Source of the DNA: Candidatus Pacearchaeota archaeon
GTDB lineage: Archaea; Nanobdellota; Nanobdellia; Pacearchaeales; GW2011-AR1
DNA: 64,000 bases
Assembly: GCA_018221305.1 (NCBI GenBank)
Contig: JAAOYK010000056.1
Coordinates: forward strand, 26,863 to 90,862
Direction of reading: 5' to 3'
Under the pieces are notes generated by a model. That model did not search any database and was not told the DNA's origin. It saw only the letters and a list, made by a program, of their open reading frames with translations. Positions 37,973 through 47,541 of this stretch are shown piece by piece (position 1 is the first letter of the stretch; each line of letters begins with the position of its first letter). The position numbers and the translations under genes are program-made.

Positions 37973-39193
37973 ATGGTAGATAAAAAACATATACGTGCTT
38001 ATGCATTAAAAAATGCTCTTGAGCATGATGGTAAGGCTGTTGTTGGTAGTGTTATTGCCGGACTTTTTAATCACGGCCTACAAAAAAGTCAGATAAAAGA
38101 GATTATGCCAAAAATTCAAGATGTATTAAAGGAAATTAATTCTATGTCAGGGCAGGAATTAGAACAAGAGTTTGCTAAATTAGAATCTTTGATTGGTCAT
38201 CGGGTGGAGCGTGATGGTTTGGCAGAATTGCCTGGCGTTAAAAAGGGTAGTGTTAATACTCGAATGTCTCCAAGTCCGAGCGGGCCGTTAACTCTGGGAC
38301 ATATCTTAACAATCGGACCTAATTATCTTTATACAAAAAAATATGGTGGAACTTTTTTTATACGGATTGAAGATACAAACCCTGAAAATATTGACCCAAA
38401 AGCGTATAAAATGATTAAAGAAGAATCAAAATGGCTTTGTGATGGTAATGTAAAAATTGTTATTCAGTCTGAGCGTATGGATTTGTATTATAAATATGCG
38501 CAAAAGTTTATTGATAAGGGTGCTGCATATGTTTGTACTTGTGATGTTGATGCATTTAAAGATCTTTTATTGAAAAAAACGGGGTGTCCTTGTAGGAGTT
38601 TAGATAAGAAAGAACAAAAAAAACGTTGGAAAAATATGCTTGATAAGGATGGGTATAAACAAGGGGAAGCAGTGCTTCGTTTTAAGAGTGATATAACGCA
38701 CAAAAATCCTGCAATGCGTGATTTTCCTCTTGCTCGAATAAATACTACGCCTCATCCAAAACAGAAAAAGAAGTATCGTGTCTGGCCTTTAATGAATTTG
38801 GCTGTACCTGTTGATGATATTGAGATGAAAATGACTCATATTATTCGGGGTAAGGATCATATGGATAATTCTAAGCGACAAAAAATGATGTATAAAGCAT
38901 TAGGTAAGGAAAAACAGTATCCTTGGGTGGCTTTTATTGGACGTTTGCATTTTACTGATTTTGTTATGTCGACAAGCAAGATGCGCAAAGCAATTGAAGA
39001 AGGTAAATATTCTGGTTGGGATGATCCAAAACTGCCTACTGTTGTATCATTAAAAAATAAGGGATATTGTCCTGAAGCTTTTTGGAAATATGTTGAGCAA
39101 CGTGGGGTCTCAGAAACTGATAAAACAATCTCTCAGAAGGACTTTTTCCAACTTATTGATAATTTTGAGAAAGACTTGAAAAGAGACAAATAA
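37973..39193 (+). CDS. gltX: glutamate--tRNA ligase, archaeal type, C-terminally short (406 aa)
   Basis: ALKNALEHDGKA N-domain, RMSPSPSGPLTLGH, RIEDTNP, THIIRGKDH, MSTSK, WDDPKLPT. Confidence 0.92.
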   Translation: MVDKKHIRAYALKNALEHDGKAVVGSVIAGLFNHGLQKSQIKEIMPKIQDVLKEINSMSGQELEQEFAKLESLIGHRVERDGLAELPGVKKGSVNTRMSPSPSGPLTLGHILTIGPNYLYTKKYGGTFFIRIEDTNPENIDPKAYKMIKEESKWLCDGNVKIVIQSERMDLYYKYAQKFIDKGAAYVCTCDVDAFKDLLLKKTGCPCRSLDKKEQKKRWKNMLDKDGYKQGEAVLRFKSDITHKNPAMRDFPLARINTTPHPKQKKKYRVWPLMNLAVPVDDIEMKMTHIIRGKDHMDNSKRQKMMYKALGKEKQYPWVAFIGRLHFTDFVMSTSKMRKAIEEGKYSGWDDPKLPTVVSLKNKGYCPEAFWKYVEQRGVSETDKTISQKDFFQLIDNFEKDLKRDK

Positions 39194-39251
39194 AAGAAAC
39201 GTTTATAAATAAAAACATCTTAGGTTAGTTATTAATAGAAAAGGGTTGGAG

Positions 39252-39803
39252 ATGGAAAAACGAGCACAAGCGCAAATAATTACAACAGTTTTAATAATTC
39301 TTTTAGTAATCACTGCAATAATCATTGTTGCTGCTGTTGTAAGGCCTTTTATCCAAGAGGGTACTGGTGGTGTTGCAGGACTTGCAGATTGTTTTATTGT
39401 TGATGTTGAAATCGCAGAAGCTTCAGCAATTCAAGGCAATGAATTAAAGCTTGACCGTGGTGTTGGTGAAGGTGAAATTGCTGGGATACAAATTTTTGTT
39501 GATGGTCAGTTAATGGGTTCAAGTGCAGTGTCTGGTTTAGATCCTCTTGAGACTGGTTATGCTACTGATTATACAATACCTCTTACTGCAGAATATATTA
39601 GAATTGCTAAACTATTGGGTGATGATTTAGAAGGTGCAACACTTTGTGATGCTGATGGAAATTCTAGGGATAATAGTGGTAAGGGTGTAAGAGTTAAGAG
39701 TGATTGTACTGCTGCAGATTGTACTAAGTGTGATGCCTCTGAGTGTGCTAATGTTTTAGGTTGTAGTTGGGATGAGACTACTAATTGTACTGCACTTAGT
39801 TAA
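39252..39803 (+). CDS. archaeal type IV pilin-like protein
   Basis: KRAQAQIITTVLIILLVI class III signal peptide; Cys-rich C-terminus. Confidence 0.8.
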   Translation: MEKRAQAQIITTVLIILLVITAIIIVAAVVRPFIQEGTGGVAGLADCFIVDVEIAEASAIQGNELKLDRGVGEGEIAGIQIFVDGQLMGSSAVSGLDPLETGYATDYTIPLTAEYIRIAKLLGDDLEGATLCDADGNSRDNSGKGVRVKSDCTAADCTKCDASECANVLGCSWDETTNCTALS

Positions 39804-39811
39804 TTTTTTAG

Positions 39812-41200
39812 TTAAATCTTTTTTTCCATATAAATATTATTTTTGTCTAATGTGTAGCCTAGCTTTTTGTAATACTCTCGCGCGCCGATCCCTGAAATGA
39901 TTTTAAGGGAGTTTATTTTATATTTTCTGGTTATATCTTCTGCATGTGCTATTAATTGTTTGCCCAGGCCGCTGTGTTGGCCTAAAAACTTTGCTTTTTC
40001 GCCTATCTTTAATGCTTTACCATAAACATGAACCTCGCGCACGATTGCTGTTTTTGAGGTATTATTAATCCTTAGGCGACAGAGTCCAAATAAGATATTA
40101 TCTTTGTTTACAAATTCTATAAAATATTCTGTCCCATTGCTTGACTTATATTTAGATGTTTTAAGTTTTAATTTATTGTTAATAGTTTTTCCAGGTTTTA
40201 GGTCACGAATAGCAAAACCTATTTCTCTAAATCTTATTTCCTTAATTTTTGATTTCTTGATTTTTAAATGGGCCTCAATATCGCGTCTAAGATCGATTCT
40301 AGTTGTCCCAGCGATTAAAAAGTCTGGCGCGATCTCTCGCATGATACGCATTACCCTGCAATAGTTTGGGATTATTTTCATTATTTTAATAATTAGTTCT
40401 TGAATGTCATCTTTACTGTATGGATGATATTTGCCTTGATTGTACATTTTTGCAAGAGCTGCTCCTTGTAAGACTTGGGTTGGGTATATTTTTAATTGGT
40501 CTGGTTTAAAACTTTGATCTTTGAATAATTGTTTGAACATTTGCATGTCTTTTTTTGGGTTTGATTTTGGAAGGCCTAACATCATATGGTACCCAACTTT
40601 AAACCCTGCTTGTTTAAGGCGCGTGCTTGCATCTATTACATCTTTAACTTTGTGGCCCCTATTTACAAACTTGTAAATATTGTCATCTAAACACTGAACC
40701 CCTATTTCTACGCGTGTGGTGCCCCAGGAGAGCATTTTTTGTATGTCTTTGTCTGTGCACGTATCAGGGCGTGTTTCAATACATAATGCAACACATCTAT
40801 GTTTTGCTTTTTGATTAAGTTTTAGTGCATCTTTTAAGTTTTTTGAAACTTTGTTGTTTAGTGCATCATAACATTTTTTTATGAAATTGTTTTGATACTT
40901 GGTTGGATATTCCAGAAAATTTCCACCCATTATGATTAATTCGATTTTGTCAACTGGATGATTCATTAATTTGAAGGCTTTAAGCCGAGATTGTAATTGT
41001 TTAAATGCGTCATATTTTAGTATTGCTGCGCGGAGTACTGGTGGACTTTTTGGTGTGTATGATTGTGGGACATTAAGTGATGGACAATAAATACAGGTTC
41101 CGTGCTTGCATTTCTTTGGTTTGCACATGACTGCTATAGGGCTTACGCCAGCTAATGTTTTTGATGGTTTTCTTATCTCTCCTGGTTTTGGTAATTGCAT
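39812..41200 (-). CDS. elp3: tRNA uridine(34) acetyltransferase Elp3 (radical SAM + GNAT)
   Basis: CKHGTCIYCP, IETRPD, LKIYP, RIMREI, QHSGLG, ISGIGAREYY. Confidence 0.96.
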   Translation of the reverse strand: MQLPKPGEIRKPSKTLAGVSPIAVMCKPKKCKHGTCIYCPSLNVPQSYTPKSPPVLRAAILKYDAFKQLQSRLKAFKLMNHPVDKIELIIMGGNFLEYPTKYQNNFIKKCYDALNNKVSKNLKDALKLNQKAKHRCVALCIETRPDTCTDKDIQKMLSWGTTRVEIGVQCLDDNIYKFVNRGHKVKDVIDASTRLKQAGFKVGYHMMLGLPKSNPKKDMQMFKQLFKDQSFKPDQLKIYPTQVLQGAALAKMYNQGKYHPYSKDDIQELIIKIMKIIPNYCRVMRIMREIAPDFLIAGTTRIDLRRDIEAHLKIKKSKIKEIRFREIGFAIRDLKPGKTINNKLKLKTSKYKSSNGTEYFIEFVNKDNILFGLCRLRINNTSKTAIVREVHVYGKALKIGEKAKFLGQHSGLGKQLIAHAEDITRKYKINSLKIISGIGAREYYKKLGYTLDKNNIYMEKKI

Positions 41201-41277
41201 CTTCTTATAATATTAATACTTTATTATATATTCTAGAGAATATATTTAGTTTATAAAGCTATTTTTTTAATTAATGT

Positions 41278-41559
41278 ATGAAGTCGTCTAAAAAAAATAT
41301 TGAGAGTTATTTAAAAGGGATCGAAAGTCCTAGCTCTAAAAATATTTTAGCGACTGATAAATTAATCATTAGTAGTGGCCCTTTAATTATTGCTCTTCCT
41401 GTAATAAAAATTAGGGAGGAAGGTGTTACTGCAGGTTCTGGGAAATTGTCTATAACCAGAAAATATGAAGACTGTTTAATTTTAAAGCCTGATGGGACCT
41501 ATTTAATTGGAAACAAAATTGTTGATGATACTCAAGAATTTTTTAAATATCATCGTTAA
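41278..41559 (+). CDS. hypothetical protein
   Basis: 93 aa; TTTATAAA upstream. Confidence 0.6.
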   Translation: MKSSKKNIESYLKGIESPSSKNILATDKLIISSGPLIIALPVIKIREEGVTAGSGKLSITRKYEDCLILKPDGTYLIGNKIVDDTQEFFKYHR

Positions 41560-41632
41560 GAGTAATGGTTAATTTTTTAAGTTGATTTTCTTTTCTTTTT
41601 TTATGACAATACCTATAAAAATTATTAGCAGA

Positions 41633-42292
41633 ATGCAGTATTTAGAAAATAATGCAAAGCCAAACCAGGAACAAATTTGGGATGTAATTGCAAAACCTTG
41701 GAGAACTTATGTTCAGAAGAAAATTCCATTAGTTGTTGAATTTTTAAAAAATAAACGCGGTAAAATAATTGATCTTGGATGTGGGAGTGGACGAAACATG
41801 ATAAAAAATAAAGAGATTGAATATTATGGTCTTGATTTTTCAAAAAAACAAATAGAAAATGCTGCTCTATTGACTGCTGTTGAAGATATTAATGTTTTGC
41901 TTTTCCAGTCAGCAGTAGATAAACTTGACAAAGATACATTTAAGGATGAAATGTTTGATCATGGATTGTTTATGGCTACACTTCATTGTTTGGAAACTGA
42001 GCAAGAGAGATTAAATTCTTTAAAAGAACTTTATCGGATCTTGAAAAATGGAGCACAGGCTATGATTAGTGTTTGGAGTAGTGATGATAAGCGTTTTAAG
42101 GGGTTAAAAGGAGACATTTATATGTCTTGGAGGGAAGAAAATGTTCCTTATATGAGGTCTTATTATTTGTATGATAAACAAGAATTAATTGATTTGTTAA
42201 AATCTGTTGGTTTTGAAATCTTACAATTTTATGAATCTCTAACTGATGACAGATTTTCTAGAAAAAACTGGATTTTAAGGATAAAAAAATAG
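41633..42292 (+). CDS. class I SAM-dependent methyltransferase (Trm9-like)
   Basis: WDVIAKPW, IDLGCGSGRN, ATLHCL, AMISVW, RSYYLY. Confidence 0.85.
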   Translation: MQYLENNAKPNQEQIWDVIAKPWRTYVQKKIPLVVEFLKNKRGKIIDLGCGSGRNMIKNKEIEYYGLDFSKKQIENAALLTAVEDINVLLFQSAVDKLDKDTFKDEMFDHGLFMATLHCLETEQERLNSLKELYRILKNGAQAMISVWSSDDKRFKGLKGDIYMSWREENVPYMRSYYLYDKQELIDLLKSVGFEILQFYESLTDDRFSRKNWILRIKK

Positions 42293-42350
42293 TATACAAA
42301 ATCTTAAATATCTTTATTTTATCCATATTATTAAGTGAATTACACATATT

Positions 42351-42830
42351 ATGGTACAAGAATCAGAACGTATAGGGAAAAAATATACTACCAAATCCGG
42401 TACTGTTTATTATTACATTGCACAGTTGGATGAAGAACGGTTTGCTTCAAAACACCAATGGATTAGAGATTCTAAGGATGGTAAGATCAAGGATATTGTT
42501 GGAGCGTCTTATGTTTCTGTTGATACTTGTAAGGATTTGATTAAAAAGTATCGAAAAAATCCGCAAACAAGCCATAAGTCTCTTGCAGAATTTATTGGTA
42601 ACGCGACAGATAGTAATTATTCTGCGATGGGTGGTGTGTTGTTTATCATGAGTGAGGTTAGCAAAAAGGATGATCACTATAAATTATTTCATTCTTCTTT
42701 AGTTGAGAAAATAGAACGCTTGAATGAGGGTGATATTGAAAAGATTTTAGCAAAACGAATTGAGGATATAATGTCTGAGCCAGATACTTCTGGGAAGTCT
42801 ACGGAGATTCATTTAGTCTCTGATGAATAA
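42351..42830 (+). CDS. hypothetical protein
   Basis: 159 aa; weakly similar to the downstream gene. Confidence 0.7.
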   Translation: MVQESERIGKKYTTKSGTVYYYIAQLDEERFASKHQWIRDSKDGKIKDIVGASYVSVDTCKDLIKKYRKNPQTSHKSLAEFIGNATDSNYSAMGGVLFIMSEVSKKDDHYKLFHSSLVEKIERLNEGDIEKILAKRIEDIMSEPDTSGKSTEIHLVSDE

Positions 42831-42842
42831 TTTTTCTAAACA

Positions 42843-43232
42843 ATGGTAAGAAACTTAGATACAATAAAAGAAAGCACGTATGAGCTTAATGGTGGTGAAG
42901 ATAGTTTTAGGATTAAAAACGGAAAACGTGAAAATATTGGATTGGCAGAATATGCTTCTGAGAAGTTGATCAAGCAATATCTTGTACAACTTGATAGAAG
43001 TAATACTTTGGATAGTGAGGCTCGTGATCATTTGTATCAGGATGCTCAGAAAAGAAATTACAATCACATTGGCGGGCGAGTGTTTTTCTTTAAACCGGTT
43101 GGAAAAAGGTTTAAGCTAGAATTAAGCAGTAAGGTTTTAAAAGGTGATCCAAATCTTTCTGAAGGGAGCGGGTTTGAGCTGGATTTTAATTTACAGCCAG
43201 AAGAAGGATCTTCTATTATAAACATTGAGTAG
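42843..43232 (+). CDS. hypothetical protein
   Basis: 129 aa; weakly similar to the upstream gene. Confidence 0.7.
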   Translation: MVRNLDTIKESTYELNGGEDSFRIKNGKRENIGLAEYASEKLIKQYLVQLDRSNTLDSEARDHLYQDAQKRNYNHIGGRVFFFKPVGKRFKLELSSKVLKGDPNLSEGSGFELDFNLQPEEGSSIINIE

Positions 43233-43246
43233 TGTTAATCTGAATT

Positions 43247-44413
43247 TTAATTTTTTAACTTTTCTAAGAATTTTGTTAATTGCGTATTGCTTAGTGCCTG
43301 TTCTTTACCAGTCTTCATATCTTTAATTTTTATTTTTTTGCTTTTTACTTCTTTATCTCCTAAAAAGATTACATATGGTATATTGTACGAGTTTGCATAT
43401 TCTAATGCTTTTGATGGTTTTTTGTAAAATGTTTGGCATGGGATGTTTTGGTTTCTTATTTTTTGTGCTAATTCAATTGCTGCCTTATCTTGATTAAGGG
43501 ATATGATCAAAATCTGGTTTTTGTCCAAATCTATTTTTGCAAGTGTTGAAAGGCGGTCAAGGCCTGCAGCATATCCACAACACTGAATATTATTGAACAA
43601 GTATGCTCCTCCGCCAAAGATTGTTTCTTTCATTTCTTTTGTTTTCACTTCAAAAATAGTTCCGTTATAATATGAAAGACCGCGGGCAAGTGTTGCTAAA
43701 AACTCTGTTTTTATTTTATAGAGCTTACAAAACTTTTCTAATTCTTTTATTTCCTGAAATGCTTTGTATTTTTCAAAATATTTTTTTGGCTTTTTAAAAA
43801 TGAGTAATGCTTTTTCTGCATTATATTTCTTAAGATTTTGTTTTACTTCTTTTTCAGAAAGTTTGTCAAGTTTATCAATCTCTTTAATTACCGCAGATTT
43901 ATTTTTTATTCCTAAGTCGTCTAGAATTTCGTTTAGTAGTCGCCGGTTATTTATGTAAATTGTAAATTTGATGTTTAATTTGTTTAATATATCTGAGATT
44001 GTTGATAAGATCTCAGCTTCATCTTTTGTCTTTGTATTAATTATATCAATATCGCATTGAGTAAATTGTCTAAACCTGCTCGTTGAAATCGGTTCATTTC
44101 TAAAGACTGACCCTATTTGGTATCTTTTGTATGGCAGTTTTTTATTTTTCATCAATCTTTTTAACTGAAATGTAAACTCGTAACGAAGCGCAAGTTTTCT
44201 TTTTCCTTTATCTTCTAATTTGTAAATGTCTGAGACCGCTTCATCATTAATATTATCTCCTTGTACAAAACTGCGGTTCTCAATTATTGGAGTCTCTGCA
44301 GGCTCAAAACCATAAAGCTTGAAAGTGTCTTCTATGATTTGTTTTACTTTTGCACGTTTAAATGCTTTTTCTCCTGTATAGTCATTAAAACCTTTAACTA
44401 AATTTGTGTTCAT
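43247..44413 (-). CDS. hisS: histidine--tRNA ligase
   Basis: VKGFND, FRNE...RFRQFTQCDID, ARGLSYYNG, GLDRL, C-terminal anticodon-binding domain. Confidence 0.93.
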   Translation of the reverse strand: MNTNLVKGFNDYTGEKAFKRAKVKQIIEDTFKLYGFEPAETPIIENRSFVQGDNINDEAVSDIYKLEDKGKRKLALRYEFTFQLKRLMKNKKLPYKRYQIGSVFRNEPISTSRFRQFTQCDIDIINTKTKDEAEILSTISDILNKLNIKFTIYINNRRLLNEILDDLGIKNKSAVIKEIDKLDKLSEKEVKQNLKKYNAEKALLIFKKPKKYFEKYKAFQEIKELEKFCKLYKIKTEFLATLARGLSYYNGTIFEVKTKEMKETIFGGGAYLFNNIQCCGYAAGLDRLSTLAKIDLDKNQILIISLNQDKAAIELAQKIRNQNIPCQTFYKKPSKALEYANSYNIPYVIFLGDKEVKSKKIKIKDMKTGKEQALSNTQLTKFLEKLKN

Positions 44414-44817
44414 TTTGCATTCTCCAGTTCTTTTACTAAGTCTTTTGTTTTTTTAACTATTTTGTTTATTAGATTATCTACCCTTTTTTTATTATCGTCT
44501 GTATCGCTCAAGTTCCAGACCTGAATATTTTTTGGATTTATTTTTTCTGTTAAAAGGGATTTTGGAACATCATTAGCTACAATTATTGCTAGGTCAGTGT
44601 TACCTAGTAGTTTGGAGCTCATTGTTTTTGGTCTGCCTTTAATATTAATGCCCCAAAGTCTTTTTGATGCGCCAACTCCATAACCATCAACTTTATCCCC
44701 TTTTATTACTCCAGCACTTTTTACTTTTATGTTTTTATTTTTATTAATTTTTTTAAAGTATTCTGCAGCAATCCTGCTTCTAAAACGATTGTATTTGCAT
44801 ATAAATAGTATGTTCAT
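44410..44817 (-). CDS. low-molecular-weight phosphatase/ArsC-fold protein
   Basis: ILFICKYNRFRSRIAAEYF P-loop (CxxNxxRS), SAG. Confidence 0.88.
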   Translation of the reverse strand: MNILFICKYNRFRSRIAAEYFKKINKNKNIKVKSAGVIKGDKVDGYGVGASKRLWGINIKGRPKTMSSKLLGNTDLAIIVANDVPKSLLTEKINPKNIQVWNLSDTDDNKKRVDNLINKIVKKTKDLVKELENAK

Positions 44818-44845
44818 TTTTGTACCTCTTTTTATGGGGATAATA

Positions 44846-44917
44846 AGCGAAAGGGGAGAATTGAACTCCCGTTTTACGGACCACAACCGTACGTTCTACC
44901 ATTAAACTACAATCGCC
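44846..44917 (-). tRNA. tRNA-His(GUG) with encoded G-1
   Basis: TACGG-TT-GTG-GT-CCGTA anticodon arm; GGGAG-TTCAATT-CTCCC T-arm; acceptor has two U-U mismatches. Confidence 0.88.
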
Positions 44918-45171
44918 ATAATTTATATTATTGAATGAACTATCTGGTATAAAAAAGTTATTATTAGCAAAAATAAGAGAAAATTTGTTGAAAGCAGGGC
45001 TAGAGTTATTTATTCTTGTTCTAGTGATGGGGATAACTCCCAATTAATATTCTAGCTTTCATTGTACTTTTATGCAGAATTAATGGTATATAAGCGTTGC
45101 GGTTGAATTGTATTGTTAAGTTAAAGGATGTTGTTAGATAATTTTTTAAATAAACCTTTCTTAAGTAAGTA

Positions 45172-45783
45172 ATGGAAAAAGGGACAAAATATTCTATTTT
45201 AGTTGGATTATTTGTGATGGCTTTAACTGTGTCTGCTTTAATTGGAGTGAAAATTATTCCTTTTTGGGGGATATTTTTTTCTGCAACAGCTATAACCTTC
45301 CCTATAACTTTTTTAGTAACAGATATAATTTCAGAAGTTTGGGGGAAAAAGAAAGCACACCAAGTTGTATGGGTTGGATTTTTTACAACCATAATTGCAT
45401 ATATCTTAGTACTTATAGCAATAAAATTACCTTTTGCTCCATTTTGGCAAGGGCAAGAAGCTTATGCTCAAACTCTTGGACTTGTAGGAAGAATTGTTTT
45501 TGCAGGATTAATAGCTTATATAATAAGTCAACATCATGATGTTTGGGCATTTCATTTTTGGAAAGTAAAAACAAGAAACAAACATCTATGGTTTAGAAAT
45601 AATGCTTCTACAGTAATGTCTCAATTAATTAATACAATTATTTTTGTACCTATTGCTTTTTATGGGATTTTACCAACCACTGCATTAATTCCAACAATCT
45701 TAGGACATTTTTTAATTAAAGTTATTTTTGCTATCGCAGATACCCCTTTTGTTTATTTAGGAGTTGCTTGGGCAAGAAGATAG
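45172..45783 (+). CDS. yhhQ: queuosine precursor transporter (VUT family)
   Basis: FPITFLVTDIISEVWG, ISQHHDV, RNNASTVMSQ, DTPFVY. Confidence 0.93.
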   Translation: MEKGTKYSILVGLFVMALTVSALIGVKIIPFWGIFFSATAITFPITFLVTDIISEVWGKKKAHQVVWVGFFTTIIAYILVLIAIKLPFAPFWQGQEAYAQTLGLVGRIVFAGLIAYIISQHHDVWAFHFWKVKTRNKHLWFRNNASTVMSQLINTIIFVPIAFYGILPTTALIPTILGHFLIKVIFAIADTPFVYLGVAWARR

Positions 45784-45876
45784 ATTAATCAATTCCAACC
45801 CCCTATCTGTGCCTGCGATCATTGCATCATAGATTTCTTTTTGCATTTTACCTTTTTGTTGTTTGTATGATTTGGA

Positions 45877-46821
45877 TCAACACCACCATAAACACTTTTC
45901 TTTTGGTTTTACAAATTTTTCGTTTATCCACCTGAATAGGTTGGGCTTTAATGCAGATACGCTTGAATCAAAATTTAAATTACTATCTAATATATACATT
46001 TCATCAGTAAAGTACCAAATAACTAGGATTTTTTCTTCAGGAAGATTTTCTTTTAATTGGCGATAATTTCTAATATTTGCGCCATGAAGCATTACAAAAT
46101 CTGCATCCATTTCCTCAATTTCTTGATAAAGTTTGGATGTAAGAAATTCTGTGCCAAAAAATGAACTTTCAATAGTATAGTAGATCTTGCCGGTTTTTAT
46201 CTTTGGATATTGGTTTTTGAATTCTATTACTACTTCTTTTGATACTGAACTAAAAATTGTTGTGTTCATTATGTTGCGCCTTTTGCAGTCTTCAACAATA
46301 TATTGTACTAGTATTTTATCATCAGTAAAGTTTCCTTGAGATTTTAGTTCAATGTCTAATGGTTTTTTGCCTGCAATAAGTTCCATTACTTCTTCGTAAG
46401 TTGGGATATGAAATCGTGTAATATTTTGTAGTTGGGCATAAGTTAAATCTTTTACATTGTAACTTTTTCTGTGAAGGCGTATGAGGCCTTGATCATGGTA
46501 AATGATTGGGATTTTATCTTTTGTATATTGAACATCAAATTCTATAAATTTATACCTTGGTTCATCAAGAGCGCTTTGAAATGCTTCAATGGTGTTTTCA
46601 ATGTAATCTATTGCATTCCCCCGATGTGCGCCAAGGATGACGTTTTCATCTTTGATTGCATCAATGCTCGGGATCAATAATATAACTGAAAGCATAGAAA
46701 CTATTAAAGATAGAATAAACAAGAAAAACGTGATAAAAATTATTTTTGTAATAATCCTTCTTTGAGGCACGTGTTGCTTTATTTTTTCATTTGTTTTTTT
46801 TCTTATTCTCTTTTTTTTCAT
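45877..46821 (-). CDS. glycerophosphodiester phosphodiesterase, membrane-anchored
   Basis: AHRG...ENT...IEFDVQYTKD...HD; IELK. Confidence 0.92.
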   Translation of the reverse strand: MKKKRIRKKTNEKIKQHVPQRRIITKIIFITFFLFILSLIVSMLSVILLIPSIDAIKDENVILGAHRGNAIDYIENTIEAFQSALDEPRYKFIEFDVQYTKDKIPIIYHDQGLIRLHRKSYNVKDLTYAQLQNITRFHIPTYEEVMELIAGKKPLDIELKSQGNFTDDKILVQYIVEDCKRRNIMNTTIFSSVSKEVVIEFKNQYPKIKTGKIYYTIESSFFGTEFLTSKLYQEIEEMDADFVMLHGANIRNYRQLKENLPEEKILVIWYFTDEMYILDSNLNFDSSVSALKPNLFRWINEKFVKPKEKCLWWC

Positions 46822-46862
46822 TTTATATATACTTTTATTAACTATTACAATATAAAAAGATT

Positions 46863-47489
46863 ATGAAAAAGAAACAAAAATTTTATTCGTTATGGTTATG
46901 CTTGATTATTGTGATAATCTTTGTAATTCAGTCAATTATTCCGAATTTTACTGAAATGTTTCTTTTAAATGAGAAAGCAATTACTGGTGAATACTGGAGA
47001 TTTTTTACTAGTATTTTTATTCATGCTGACATTGCGCATTTAATGTATAACTTGTTTGCATTATTTTTCTTTGGAATTCTTTTAGAAAAACTTATTGGGA
47101 GCACTAAATTCTTGATTGTCTTTTTTACATCTGGTATTATTGCAAGTTTGATTAGTGTTAATTTTTATGGCTCAAGCCTTGGTGCTTCTGGGGCTATTTA
47201 TGGTTTGATCGGATGTTTGGCTATACTAAAACCTTTAATGATGGTTTGGGCTTTTGGTCTAGTTATGCCCATGTTTATTGCTGCTATTGTCTGGATTTTG
47301 GGCGGTGTTTTAGGGCTTTTTATCCCGAGTAATACTGGGCATATTGCACACTTATCTGGCATTGGGGTTGGTTTTATTATTGGTCTTAGATTATTACTTG
47401 GATCAAAGAAAAAGAAACAAATAAAGCATAATAAGATTGAAATTCCTGAAAATTATGTTCGTATCTGGGAAAATCAGTACATGAAATAA
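46863..47489 (+). CDS. rhomboid intramembrane serine protease
   Basis: WRFFTSIFIH..HLMYN, GASG, AHLSG. Confidence 0.95.
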   Translation: MKKKQKFYSLWLCLIIVIIFVIQSIIPNFTEMFLLNEKAITGEYWRFFTSIFIHADIAHLMYNLFALFFFGILLEKLIGSTKFLIVFFTSGIIASLISVNFYGSSLGASGAIYGLIGCLAILKPLMMVWAFGLVMPMFIAAIVWILGGVLGLFIPSNTGHIAHLSGIGVGFIIGLRLLLGSKKKKQIKHNKIEIPENYVRIWENQYMK

Positions 47490-47541
47490 ATATATATTCA
47501 ATATTGCTAAAATTTATATATTAACATGTATCCTAGATCTT

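Noticed and set aside
44780-45043. 87-aa ORF and the extended N-terminus of the 44410-44886 ORF
   Set aside because: Both overlap tRNA-His; the real phosphatase start is 44817.
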